Part shown: positions 46,651 through 56,929 of the stretch, piece by piece
Layout: every line of letters starts with the position of its first letter
Numbering within the stretch: the stretch's first letter is position 1
Source: TPA_inf: Saccharomyces
Lineage: Eukaryota
NCBI GenBank assembly: GCA_000146045.2
Contig: BK006944.2
Coordinates: 224,001-288,000 of the forward strand
DNA length: 64,000 nt
Direction: 5' to 3'
Notes under the pieces: model-generated
What the model was told of the DNA's origin: nothing
The model's input: only the letters and a program-made list of their open reading frames with translations
The model's database searches: none
Position numbers and translations under genes: made by a program

Positions 46651-47877
46651 TCTTCCTTTCCAGTTTTAACAGTGCGCAAATGTATTGCTTTTCAGATTTA
46701 TTTCCCCGTTATACAAGTTCAAGGAAATGTTTGAGTAGAGAGAATCACGATCTAAATAATAATCCGAAGAATTTAAAAAGGAGTAAATAGGGGCATACAA
46801 GAGGGGGAATTTCAGAAGTGCCTGTTATGTAAAAAAGATATGATAACACATAATGGATTGCATACCAGTAAATTTCCATATGTACTATGCCGACCTCTTT
46901 TCATGTAAACGCCTTGCAAATTCATACTTAATGATTACAAGAAAGTAATATGTAAATTTTAAGCTCAGGTTCAAGGTTTATAAGGGCCTTCGTCTCTGAT
47001 AGAAGAATCAAGTTGGTAAATCCAAATGGAAGTACGGGTCCCAATAGCAGGTTTGATTTTTGAAGGTGACTCGAGATATATCAGCTGCCGCCCCTGAATC
47101 AGCAGTAATTATAACTGAAGAGAACGGACAATGTTTTACGTATAATTAAGGCACATAAATTCCATCTGGAGTGTTCTGAAGTCGCTTACTTGGTGAGATA
47201 TTGAGGTGTCATCAGATAGGACAATAGTAGGAGAAAGGACCATCTGGAGGTTAATCACCTGTTGTCTTACTATCCGGTCCTCAGGGTCCATAAAAAAATA
47301 CTTTCAACAAAATCTGGATGCATTGAAAAGGTTGTTTTCAAACAGTCTGCAGTTTGTAATTCACCCACATGCCTTTTTTTGTATTCATATTAGCTTTTCT
47401 TGCATAATTAGGGACATATAAATCGTGCACACATGGATATTTCTTCATAATATTATAGTCTGATTGATATTCAAAATTTGAAACATTTCCATAAATAATG
47501 GATAGGGGACAGCCAAAAAAAAACTGTTGTGCTCGATCCTGAATGGAAAAGACTGACACTATAAGGAGACTTATTCTAGATATCGTAGAACAAACATATG
47601 TTACTTTAACGTCGCTGGACACTCACAGACAAGCCTCAGGGGAGACGTTTGAAACCGTAGAGGAATACGTATGAAATATAAATCAACAAACATACGTACT
47701 GAATTATGTATCAGGATATATTGCTTTCACAGTTTGGAAATTGCCTCTATCACCAAGATATTCACTGTTAAAAAAAAAAATGCGAAAAAATTCAAATTTC
47801 AACAGCGATATTCGCCTTCAGTATATCAATATAAAGCAATTATGACACCTCATTTATCGTGCATATAAGATCATGCA

Positions 47878-49209
47878 ATGAGTATGGATAACAATGATGA
47901 CCATGAATCTAAATTGTCAATCTTGATGGACATGTTTCCAGCTATTTCCAAATCCAAATTACAAGTACATTTACTTGAAAACAATAATGATTTGGATTTA
48001 ACGATAGGCTTGCTGTTAAAAGAAAACGACGATAAGTCTACAGTTGATAATGAATTACATCAACTGTACGACATGTTTCCTCAGCTTGATTGCAGCGTTA
48101 TAAAAGATCAGTTTGTAATAAATGAGAAGTCCGTAGAATCGACTATTTCTGATCTTCTGAATTATGAAACCCTGCAAAAACTTAAAGACAATCAAGCAAA
48201 TTCTCCTGATAGCGTAAAAAGGAACGAAAAGAAAAATAATTGGGAATCAACAAACGATCACATAGAGAGTATAATAAAGTTTACCGACGCTCCCAAAAAT
48301 ATTGCGCAGGAATACTTAGCCGAAAATGGTTTTGATACAGTAAAGGCGATCATCAAAATCATTTTGGATTATTACGACAAAAGGGATTTTAAAAAAGATG
48401 TGGATACTTTCAAAGTAAAACGGAGTCCTAATACGACTGTGAGAGGTGGTCGAGTTCAATCATCGACGGGGCTTGCCCACGTTTTGAAAAAGGGTAAAGA
48501 ATCCGCAAATGTTGCTCAAGAGAGTCTCAAAAGGCCAAGGAGTTATAAGCACTCCTTGGATAGTCCGCAGATGGTTGAGTTAAATGAATTAGTTGCAGAT
48601 AATCGCGATCTCAAAGCCATAAACCATGAATTTTTGCAAAAATGCCTGCAATTTTATGATGGAGATGTTGTAAAGGTGTTGAACATATCGTCCTTATTGA
48701 TCGAAGATGACAAGAATATTACGAAAACTTGGAACTTTGACGAAGGTTTTACCTTGACATCCAGAGATAATTGTAAGCAACATTTACCCAAATTTTCAAC
48801 ACCGCAGATTTCCCGCAGAAATGAGGTAGGAAATACTTATAAATTGCCCCTTCATGACAAAGAAACCCCCGAGGGAGCTGTGCCGGTTATAAATAACCTG
48901 TTTCAAACATACAGATTGGATTTCCATGGTTTTCTTCCCAGTGAAGCGGTTTCAACACTGAAACTTGCATTAAATAAGTGGTGGTCCAAAGAGGTAGCAG
49001 AACGAGAGTTGAACTCCCACAACATAAACTCATATGGCTCAAAAGTACAGTTTGTAAGCCCGTTAATCGTGGTAACTGGTAGAGGTATCCACAGCATCGG
49101 CGGGATCTCAAAGGTTCGACTGCAGGTTAAAAGTTTTCTTGAAAAAAATCACTACATATTTTGGGAAGAATCTTCCTACTTCAGAATTGAGGGTAAGAAG
49201 AAGAAATAA
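47878..49209 (+). CDS. CUE2: CUE-domain / SMR-domain endonuclease involved in no-go mRNA decay
   Basis: 443 aa; two CUE-like ubiquitin-binding segments (…LMDMFPAISKSKLQVHLLEN…, …LYDMFPQLDCSVIKDQF…) and C-terminal SMR domain. Confidence 0.9.
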   Translation: MSMDNNDDHESKLSILMDMFPAISKSKLQVHLLENNNDLDLTIGLLLKENDDKSTVDNELHQLYDMFPQLDCSVIKDQFVINEKSVESTISDLLNYETLQKLKDNQANSPDSVKRNEKKNNWESTNDHIESIIKFTDAPKNIAQEYLAENGFDTVKAIIKIILDYYDKRDFKKDVDTFKVKRSPNTTVRGGRVQSSTGLAHVLKKGKESANVAQESLKRPRSYKHSLDSPQMVELNELVADNRDLKAINHEFLQKCLQFYDGDVVKVLNISSLLIEDDKNITKTWNFDEGFTLTSRDNCKQHLPKFSTPQISRRNEVGNTYKLPLHDKETPEGAVPVINNLFQTYRLDFHGFLPSEAVSTLKLALNKWWSKEVAERELNSHNINSYGSKVQFVSPLIVVTGRGIHSIGGISKVRLQVKSFLEKNHYIFWEESSYFRIEGKKKK

Positions 49210-49298
49210 AACCTATCTGATTTTTCTATAAAGGTTATAAACGCTAGGCTTCTTTAAACTGCATTGGGTTTTTTCTCAATTTCGAGAAAAATAATATA

Positions 49299-49304
49299 AC
49301 GCGT
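49299..49304. promoter_or_regulatory. MCB element (ACGCGT) ~90 bp upstream of MIF2
   Basis: exact ACGCGT in CUE2-MIF2 intergenic region. Confidence 0.35.
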
Positions 49305-49393
49305 TAGAAATGGTGATGTAAATAAATGAATGTTAGAAAAATACATACGTTAAACAAATAAGTTAGACATTAGCACAGGACAGCACTTCACTC

Positions 49394-51043
49394 ATGGATT
49401 ATATGAAATTGGGGCTTAAGTCCCGTAAAACTGGTATTGATGTTAAGCAAGATATACCCAAAGATGAATACAGCATGGAAAATATTGATGATTTTTTCAA
49501 AGATGATGAAACTAGTCTTATCAGTATGAGAAGGAAAAGCAGAAGAAAATCATCGCTTTTCTTACCATCAACGTTAAATGGCGATACTAAGAACGTATTA
49601 CCGCCATTTCTACAGTCATATAAATCTCAAGATGATGAAGTTGTCCAAAGCCCATCTGGGAAAGGCGATGGATCAAGACGATCATCTTTGTTAAGCCATC
49701 AATCAAACTTCCTGAGTCCAGCCAATGATTTCGAGCCTATTGAGGAAGAACCAGAACAAGAAGAAAATGATATCAGAGGCAATGATTTTGCCACACCAAT
49801 CACACAGAAATTGAGTAAACCTACATATAAAAGAAAGTACTCCACTCGGTATAGCCTTGACACTTCAGAAAGCCCTTCTGTAAGGTTGACACCTGATAGA
49901 ATCACTAATAAGAATGTTTATTCAGATGTACCTGATTTGGTTGCTGATGAGGATGACGATGATAGAGTAAACACTTCTTTAAACACATCTGATAACGCAT
50001 TATTAGAAGACGAATTAGAAGATGACGGGTTTATACCTGAAAGTGAAGAGGACGGTGATTACATTGAAAGTGACTCATCTTTGGATTCAGGCTCGGATTC
50101 AGCCAGTGATTCAGATGGAGATAACACCTATCAAGAAGTAGAAGAGGAGGCTGAGGTGAACACAAATGACAATGAAGATGATTATATAAGACGACAAGCG
50201 AGTGATGTGGTTCGTACAGATTCAATAATTGATAGAAACGGGCTTCGGAAATCTACAAGAGTCAAGGTGGCGCCTTTGCAGTATTGGAGGAACGAAAAAA
50301 TAGTATATAAGAGGAAGTCCAATAAACCCGTTCTTGACATAGACAAAATTGTCACATATGATGAATCTGAAGACGAAGAGGAGATATTGGCAGCACAAAG
50401 AAGGAAGAAACAAAAAAAAAAACCTACACCAACCAGACCTTACAACTACGTACCTACGGGGAGACCAAGAGGAAGGCCAAAGAAGGATCCAAATGCAAAG
50501 GAAAATTTGATTCCAGAAGATCCCAACGAGGATATTATAGAAAGGATAGAATCTGGAGGCATAGAAAATGGCGAGTGGCTGAAACATGGAATACTGGAAG
50601 CTAATGTGAAAATTAGCGACACTAAGGAGGAAACTAAGGATGAAATTATTGCATTCGCGCCCAATTTGTCGCAAACTGAACAAGTAAAAGACACGAAGGA
50701 CGAGAATTTTGCCCTTGAGATAATGTTCGATAAGCATAAAGAATATTTTGCTAGCGGCATATTAAAACTACCAGCTATTTCTGGACAAAAGAAATTAAGC
50801 AACTCATTTAGGACATATATTACGTTCCACGTGATACAGGGAATAGTCGAAGTAACTGTATGTAAGAACAAGTTCTTGAGCGTTAAAGGTTCCACTTTCC
50901 AAATACCGGCATTCAACGAGTACGCGATTGCCAATAGAGGGAATGATGAAGCCAAAATGTTCTTCGTTCAAGTGACCGTTTCAGAAGACGCTAACGATGA
51001 CAACGACAAAGAATTAGACAGTACGTTTGACACTTTTGGGTAA
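49394..51043 (+). CDS. MIF2: Kinetochore protein CENP-C homolog
   Basis: 549 aa MDYMKLGLKSRKTGIDVKQDIPKDEY...; acidic/PEST-like middle, AT-hook-like GRPRGRPKK, C-terminal cupin fold. Confidence 0.92.
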   Translation: MDYMKLGLKSRKTGIDVKQDIPKDEYSMENIDDFFKDDETSLISMRRKSRRKSSLFLPSTLNGDTKNVLPPFLQSYKSQDDEVVQSPSGKGDGSRRSSLLSHQSNFLSPANDFEPIEEEPEQEENDIRGNDFATPITQKLSKPTYKRKYSTRYSLDTSESPSVRLTPDRITNKNVYSDVPDLVADEDDDDRVNTSLNTSDNALLEDELEDDGFIPESEEDGDYIESDSSLDSGSDSASDSDGDNTYQEVEEEAEVNTNDNEDDYIRRQASDVVRTDSIIDRNGLRKSTRVKVAPLQYWRNEKIVYKRKSNKPVLDIDKIVTYDESEDEEEILAAQRRKKQKKKPTPTRPYNYVPTGRPRGRPKKDPNAKENLIPEDPNEDIIERIESGGIENGEWLKHGILEANVKISDTKEETKDEIIAFAPNLSQTEQVKDTKDENFALEIMFDKHKEYFASGILKLPAISGQKKLSNSFRTYITFHVIQGIVEVTVCKNKFLSVKGSTFQIPAFNEYAIANRGNDEAKMFFVQVTVSEDANDDNDKELDSTFDTFG

Positions 51044-51282
51044 TTATGATGTGAATATTCTCATTATGCATGCTATGTACTGAAGAAATATAACTAGGTC
51101 CATACGCTTATACTGTTAAACATGTGAACTTTTCTGTAAGAAAATGAATCACGTAAAATTTCGCACCGAACTTTCGTAGATGAGAGAACAAAAAGCAGAA
51201 AAAGAGAAAGAACAGTAAAGTAACACTTAGTTAGCATATTTAAATAAAAGTCTAAAGGACCAGCAAAGAGTTATTAGGTGTG

Positions 51283-52998
51283 ATGACGGATGAAAAAGTG
51301 AACTCAGATCAGAATATGAACGGTAAGCAGGGAGTTAACTTAATTTCATCCTTGCCTACAACACAAGTGCCGGTTTCAATTTTGACCAACAAGGAGAGAA
51401 GAAAAAGTATTCACGATGAATCAAATTTCGAAAGATCTGATAGTCATGAAGATCAATCAAAATCCAACTCTAATAGGAGGAATATTTACAAAAACGATTA
51501 TAGCACAAATTTGAGGGATTTCTCTTTTGCCAATCTGAAGCAAAATAGTGAAAGGAACAAAGATGGCCATGAAATACAGATCAACACCAGTATGCCAGCT
51601 AATACAAATGGCCAGCAAAAAAGGTTTTCACCTTCATTACCTTCTGCTGTTTCATTTACGGTGCCCGAGGTGGAAAGGTTGCCGTATCATAGATATTCGA
51701 TATCCAATAAACCTGGAAAGCAGCAGCAGCAGCAGGAACAACTGCAGCAAAATCAACAACAAGAAGAGCAGCAAAAGGCACAACTGCAGGAGCAAAATCA
51801 ACGAGCAAAACAGCAAGAAGAGGTGAAGCAAATTCAGGAGCAAGTGCAAAAAAAGCAAACTGAAAGACAGCAACTGATAGACGAAAAGGAGAGGATAGCG
51901 AATGCAATATTTAAGGAGAACACTACTAATGATGGTACTGATATCAGGAAACATTCGGTATCGAGTGGTACGAGCAATAGCGAAGATGAAGTAGATTCAC
52001 CTTCGATGGAAAAAAATTCTATCGTTCATATGCCAGGTGATTTTATCTACTTCAATCCCAAGTCAAACGCTTCTAAACCTATCACTGCAAAGGCGGCGCC
52101 ATTATCGGCTAATAACTCCACACATAAAAACAAGGAAGTTATCACTGCACCCACAGGGCCTCGTGTACCCTTCACAGAGTTCTTTCAGAAGGAAGACGAC
52201 AAGAAATTCCACATTCTCATTGGTGCGACGGGCTCAGTTGCCACAATAAAAGTACCTCTAATTATTGATAAACTTTTCAAGATATATGGGCCTGAGAAAA
52301 TCTCTATTCAGTTGATTGTCACAAAACCCGCTGAGCATTTTTTGAAAGGGCTCAAAATGTCAACACACGTTAAAATTTGGAGGGAGGAAGACGCTTGGGT
52401 ATTCGACGCTGTGAATAAGAATGATACTAGCTTGAGTCTGAACTTGATATTGCACCATGAATTAAGAAAATGGGCTGATATTTTCCTGATTGCGCCTTTG
52501 TCAGCTAACACACTTGCTAAACTGGCCAATGGTATATGTAACAATTTGCTAACTTCTGTGATGAGAGATTGGTCACCACTGACCCCAGTGTTGATTGCGC
52601 CTGCAATGAATACATTCATGTATATCAATCCTATGACAAAGAAACACCTGACGAGTTTAGTGCAAGACTATCCGTTCATCCAAGTTTTGAAACCGGTGGA
52701 AAAGGTATTAATATGCGGAGATATTGGTATGGGTGGTATGAGAGAATGGACAGATATTGTAGAGATCGTTAGGAGGAGAATCAATGAAATACGGAAAGCT
52801 AGGGACGAGGAAACTGGTGATAAAGAGCAAGAACAAGAAGAACAAGAGGGTGCTGACAATGAGGACGACGATGATGAGGATGACGAAGAGGATGAGGAGG
52901 ACGAGGAGGAGGAAGAAGCTCTAAATGAAACAGCATCCGATGAGAGCAATGACGAGGAAGACGAAGAGGATGAGGAAGACGTGAAAACCGAAGTTTAA
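51283..52998 (+). CDS. CAB3: Phosphopantothenoylcysteine decarboxylase complex subunit (flavoprotein fold)
   Basis: MTDEKVNSDQNMNGKQGVNL...; Gln-rich stretch; flavoprotein (HFCD) domain ILIGATGSVATIKVP; long acidic D/E tail; track ORF starts at GTG 51280. Confidence 0.9.
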   Translation: MTDEKVNSDQNMNGKQGVNLISSLPTTQVPVSILTNKERRKSIHDESNFERSDSHEDQSKSNSNRRNIYKNDYSTNLRDFSFANLKQNSERNKDGHEIQINTSMPANTNGQQKRFSPSLPSAVSFTVPEVERLPYHRYSISNKPGKQQQQQEQLQQNQQQEEQQKAQLQEQNQRAKQQEEVKQIQEQVQKKQTERQQLIDEKERIANAIFKENTTNDGTDIRKHSVSSGTSNSEDEVDSPSMEKNSIVHMPGDFIYFNPKSNASKPITAKAAPLSANNSTHKNKEVITAPTGPRVPFTEFFQKEDDKKFHILIGATGSVATIKVPLIIDKLFKIYGPEKISIQLIVTKPAEHFLKGLKMSTHVKIWREEDAWVFDAVNKNDTSLSLNLILHHELRKWADIFLIAPLSANTLAKLANGICNNLLTSVMRDWSPLTPVLIAPAMNTFMYINPMTKKHLTSLVQDYPFIQVLKPVEKVLICGDIGMGGMREWTDIVEIVRRRINEIRKARDEETGDKEQEQEEQEGADNEDDDDEDDEEDEEDEEEEEALNETASDESNDEEDEEDEEDVKTEV

Positions 52999-53028
52999 AT
53001 GCATTAGAAAAGAGTATTTTGTGTTATG

Positions 53029-53039
53029 TTTTATGTTTT
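53029..53039. promoter_or_regulatory. ARS consensus sequence match (TTTTATGTTTT) with overlapping 10/11 copy at 53023-53032, followed by T16 tract
   Basis: 11/11 match to WTTTAYRTTTW in CAB3-CYT2 intergenic region; A/T-rich flank. Confidence 0.3.
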
Positions 53040-53188
53040 ATTTTTTTTTTTTTTGTTTATTCCTTAAAAGAAGATTACTGCTTTTTCATTCCCTAGTTTC
53101 TAAATTGAGTGCCTAAATAAGATTAAATAAATATGTATGTGGAAACTAGGGAGGGTATGTTTTTATTTACAGGAATAGTTGTAGTAAT

Positions 53189-53863
53189 TCAAAAGCCTAA
53201 AGATTTCCAGAACCGTAATCTAAAGCCCTCAAAACTGTTTAATTTTGGTCTAACATCGAGATAAATAAGTGGTTGTTGCTGCGAGTTTGCATCGTTCAGA
53301 TCGGTGGAATAGAAATCGATTACGTAGTCGACGGTTTTACCGCATCTATCTATCTGCCAATCATGTCTATCAAAAGGTTTGGCCAGGTGCAAGATACGGG
53401 ACCTGAACCAGGCCCTTGGTGTCAGTTTTTTGGAATCACCTTTAAAATTTGTTAATTTGATACCGCCACACGCTTCACCACCCTGCTTGTCTTCCCAGCT
53501 TTTAATGTAGTTCCAAACCCGCTCATTGATGGAGTTATGTAAAGGCACAACCACCTTCATGTCATCTGAGTTCGGATCCCAATTTTTTTTCATCATTGCC
53601 TCGTAAAATTGTTTCTCCGACGGGTATATCCAGTTTCTGTCAGAATTCGTCCTTGGTATGGTGGAAACCTCTCTGGACTGAGAGAGATCCACCGTGGTGT
53701 GATATTCAGGCGTTTTATCGTTATCTTGTGGGTTTGCAGAGCACTCTAGTTGATTGCCTGGGGCAGTAGCACCAGGATGCGCTTCGTTGCCATGTTCTCG
53801 TAGCCATAACTTTTTGGTTTCCTCATCTACGGGGCATTTCCCCTGTTGGTCTGAAGACATCAT
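53189..53863 (-). CDS. CYT2: Cytochrome c1 heme lyase (holocytochrome c-type synthase)
   Basis: 224 aa [25 protein letters not shown]... CPV heme-regulatory motif. Confidence 0.93.
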
Positions 53864-53979
53864 AATATGTAAAATAGAGACGAATGAAAAGCACGTGAAC
53901 TAACAAACTATTTACTACTACCGAAATGTGATGCTTAAGCCTTTGGCCTCTGCAATACTAGCGATTGCTTTTTCCCTGA

Positions 53980-53986
53980 TTAGTAA
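53980..53986. promoter_or_regulatory. Yap1 response element (TTAGTAA) upstream of SRX1
   Basis: exact YRE ~300 bp upstream of SRX1 ATG; SRX1 is a known Yap1/Skn7 oxidative-stress target; TATATAAA at 54191-54198. Confidence 0.45.
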
Positions 53987-54280
53987 GCTACATCATTTAT
54001 ACTACATCTTTCTGTCTTAGAAGGCTTACAAACATCGAAAAGCTGGAACTTTGATTTCGAAAAAAATATGCCGTTACCCGTTGCGGGTCCCTTTTTTTTA
54101 GAAGGCCGGCCCAGAAGTCGCCATTATTTTTAGTCATTACAGTAGCCCTGTTGGGTAAGGATGCGATGCAATACATGTCAAGAGGTGTTGTATATAAACC
54201 ACAATATCTACCATCAATGAGCTATATATACTTTTCTTACTGAAAAAAAAAACTACAAAACCAAGTAAAAAAAGAACAAT

Positions 54281-54664
54281 ATGTCACTACAAAGCAACAG
54301 TGTAAAACCAACAGAAATTCCTCTCTCAGAGATCAGACGCCCCCTAGCGCCTGTGTTGGATCCTCAAAAGATCGACGCAATGGTGGCCACAATGAAGGGC
54401 ATTCCCACCGCTAGCAAGACATGCTCTCTAGAACAGGCTGAGGCGGCTGCCTCAGCCGGGGAACTGCCGCCCGTGGACGTGCTGGGCGTGCGAGTCAAGG
54501 GACAGACGCTATATTATGCCTTCGGCGGCTGCCACCGTCTACAGGCATACGACCGCCGGGCTCGCGAAACGCAGAACGCCGCCTTCCCCGTGCGCTGCAG
54601 GGTGCTACCGGCCACTCCCCGCCAAATCCGCATGTACCTGGGCAGCAGTCTCGACATCGAATAA
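54281..54664 (+). CDS. SRX1: Sulfiredoxin
   Basis: 127 aa with ParB/Srx fold and active-site FGGCHR motif; strikingly GC-rich 3' half. Confidence 0.93.
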   Translation: MSLQSNSVKPTEIPLSEIRRPLAPVLDPQKIDAMVATMKGIPTASKTCSLEQAEAAASAGELPPVDVLGVRVKGQTLYYAFGGCHRLQAYDRRARETQNAAFPVRCRVLPATPRQIRMYLGSSLDIE

Positions 54665-54873
54665 TGATTACGCTAATAACACTACATAAGAAACATAGAT
54701 AAATTATAATTCACTAATACAAAATCCCTCAATTTAATTAATCAATTTCTTATTCAACAACTAGAGTAGGCACTAGCAGTTTGTGCGACCCTCGGCGCCG
54801 GAGAGGTACAAGGGACCTGGCGGTTGGGCCTTCCTGCCAGCTTCTCCCCCCCTTCTCGGCATTCACTCAGCGT

Positions 54874-54880
54874 TCATTGG
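54874..54880. promoter_or_regulatory. CCAAT box (TCATTGG = rc CCAATGA) in MDH1 promoter
   Basis: matches HAP2/3/4/5 core TNATTGG ~245 bp upstream of MDH1 ATG; MDH1 is a TCA-cycle, HAP-regulated gene. Confidence 0.4.
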
Positions 54881-55122
54881 CTCAATCACGCGCCAAGCGG
54901 ATTCCCAGAAAAATACAAAAAAAAGTTGCCATAATACAATGGCGGATATTACAATATATATAGCTTGCGCTTTAAAAAGAAGTGTTAGCACGCATTGGGT
55001 GTTTGTACTGTATTCCTCCACTTAAGATAACGAATACACATATAGATATACAATATATTATACGTGGACATCTACGGAAAGGAAGAAAAAAAACAAAAGG
55101 AAAAGGAAGGATACCATATACA

Positions 55123-56127
55123 ATGTTGTCAAGAGTAGCTAAACGTGCGTTTTCCTCTACAGTTGCCAACCCTTATAAAGTGACTGTTTTGGGTGCAGGC
55201 GGTGGTATTGGACAACCATTGTCTTTGCTTCTAAAGCTTAACCATAAAGTCACGGACTTAAGACTGTACGACCTAAAGGGCGCAAAAGGTGTTGCCACCG
55301 ATTTGTCTCATATTCCAACAAACTCCGTGGTCAAGGGGTTTACTCCAGAAGAGCCAGACGGATTGAACAACGCTTTAAAGGACACAGACATGGTTTTAAT
55401 TCCTGCTGGTGTGCCCAGAAAGCCTGGTATGACACGTGATGACTTGTTCGCCATCAACGCAAGCATCGTTCGCGATTTGGCAGCAGCAACCGCCGAATCC
55501 GCTCCCAATGCTGCCATTCTGGTCATTTCCAACCCAGTCAATTCTACCGTTCCAATTGTCGCCCAAGTCTTGAAAAACAAGGGTGTTTACAACCCAAAGA
55601 AATTGTTCGGTGTGACTACCTTGGACTCTATTAGAGCCGCCAGATTCATCTCAGAAGTCGAGAACACCGATCCAACTCAGGAAAGGGTTAACGTCATCGG
55701 TGGACATTCTGGTATTACCATCATCCCATTGATTTCGCAAACAAACCATAAGTTGATGTCTGATGACAAGAGACACGAATTGATTCACAGAATACAGTTT
55801 GGTGGTGACGAAGTCGTCAAAGCAAAGAATGGTGCTGGCTCTGCTACGTTGTCAATGGCCCATGCTGGTGCTAAATTCGCTAACGCTGTTTTGTCCGGTT
55901 TCAAAGGCGAAAGAGACGTCATCGAGCCTTCCTTCGTGGACTCTCCCTTGTTCAAATCCGAAGGCATCGAATTCTTTGCATCTCCGGTCACTTTGGGCCC
56001 AGATGGTATTGAAAAGATCCATCCAATAGGTGAGTTATCTTCAGAAGAAGAAGAAATGCTACAAAAATGTAAAGAAACCTTGAAGAAGAATATCGAAAAG
56101 GGTGTCAACTTTGTTGCTAGTAAATAG
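55123..56127 (+). CDS. MDH1: Mitochondrial malate dehydrogenase
   Basis: [38 protein letters not shown]...; 334 aa; track ORF starts at GTG 54982. Confidence 0.95.
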   Translation: MLSRVAKRAFSSTVANPYKVTVLGAGGGIGQPLSLLLKLNHKVTDLRLYDLKGAKGVATDLSHIPTNSVVKGFTPEEPDGLNNALKDTDMVLIPAGVPRKPGMTRDDLFAINASIVRDLAAATAESAPNAAILVISNPVNSTVPIVAQVLKNKGVYNPKKLFGVTTLDSIRAARFISEVENTDPTQERVNVIGGHSGITIIPLISQTNHKLMSDDKRHELIHRIQFGGDEVVKAKNGAGSATLSMAHAGAKFANAVLSGFKGERDVIEPSFVDSPLFKSEGIEFFASPVTLGPDGIEKIHPIGELSSEEEEMLQKCKETLKKNIEKGVNFVASK

Positions 56128-56382
56128 ATTGTTCAAGATCAGAAATAGAGTGAAAAATAGGGAAAAAAAAAAAAAAATTCTACTAATAAGAACGGAAGAC
56201 TACTCGCCATCATGAGATTACGACATCTTTTTTATTTAATTCTTTGTTATATTTAGCCAATTGAAAGGAAGGAAACTGCCAAAAATCAACTAGAGAAAAA
56301 TTCATGCTATTCGTTGCTCCTACACCTTTTTTTCTTCCGTAGACGAGGAAAAACAAAAATGATTAAATAGGCGCGCGCGGTG

Positions 56383-56423
56383 TGATGGTGATGATAATGA
56401 TGATGATGATGATAATGATGAAT
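56383..56423. repeat. imperfect (TGATGA/TAATGA)n microsatellite preceded by (GC)4
   Basis: gtgatggtgatgataatgatgatgatgatgataatgatga read directly, ~90 bp upstream of HOT13. Confidence 0.7.
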
Positions 56424-56508
56424 AAACGTTTCGGTTTACGAGTTTCTTTAAATATACATATATGATATAAAAAAAAAAATACGTACCACTTACAATTTGC
56501 AAATATAG

Positions 56509-56859
56509 ATGATCGAAACTGCCATTTATGGTAAGACAGTGGATGACCAATCTCGATGTGTCCACTGGCATCTTCCAAAGGATGTAATTGCCATCAGGTT
56601 TAAATGTTGTGATAAGTACTATGCGTGCTTTGAATGCCACCAAGAGTTAAGTTCTCACCCGCTAGAAAAATATGATCTCCTTGACGATGCAAATAAACAC
56701 TTGATTATTTGCGGAGTTTGCCGTCATGAAATGACGTTTGCAGAGTATTACGACTACAATTCAAACCTTATTTGTCCCAATTGCAGATCCCCCTTTAATC
56801 CAGGCTGTAAATTGCACTACCATTTGTATTTCCAGAACCCTCCCCCCGCTATGTGTTGA
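56509..56859 (+). CDS. HOT13: Mitochondrial intermembrane-space CHY zinc-finger protein
   Basis: 116 aa, Cys/His-rich (CVHWH…CCDKYYACFECH…CGVCRHE…CPNCRSPF). Confidence 0.88.
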   Translation: MIETAIYGKTVDDQSRCVHWHLPKDVIAIRFKCCDKYYACFECHQELSSHPLEKYDLLDDANKHLIICGVCRHEMTFAEYYDYNSNLICPNCRSPFNPGCKLHYHLYFQNPPPAMC

Positions 56860-56929
56860 GTGTTGTTCTATAAATGCATGCCATCTTAAGCTCTGCTGTG
56901 CTCTTCTCGTTAAGGAAAAAATGCGATGG

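Noticed and set aside
46651-47877. 1.2-kb SFH1-CUE2 intergenic region and its small ORFs (47206-47421 +, 47338-47622 -, 47671-47868 +)
   Set aside because: The ORFs are short, AT-rich and domain-less. No motif or repeat stood out beyond ordinary promoter/terminator A/T tracts.
50222-50955. 171- and 169-aa antisense ORFs inside MIF2, and similar antisense or alternate-frame ORFs inside CAB3 (51652-51954), HSL1, BUD2, SLD2 (11406-11810)
   Set aside because: All are contained within well-supported sense CDSs and have low-complexity composition typical of reverse-frame read-through.
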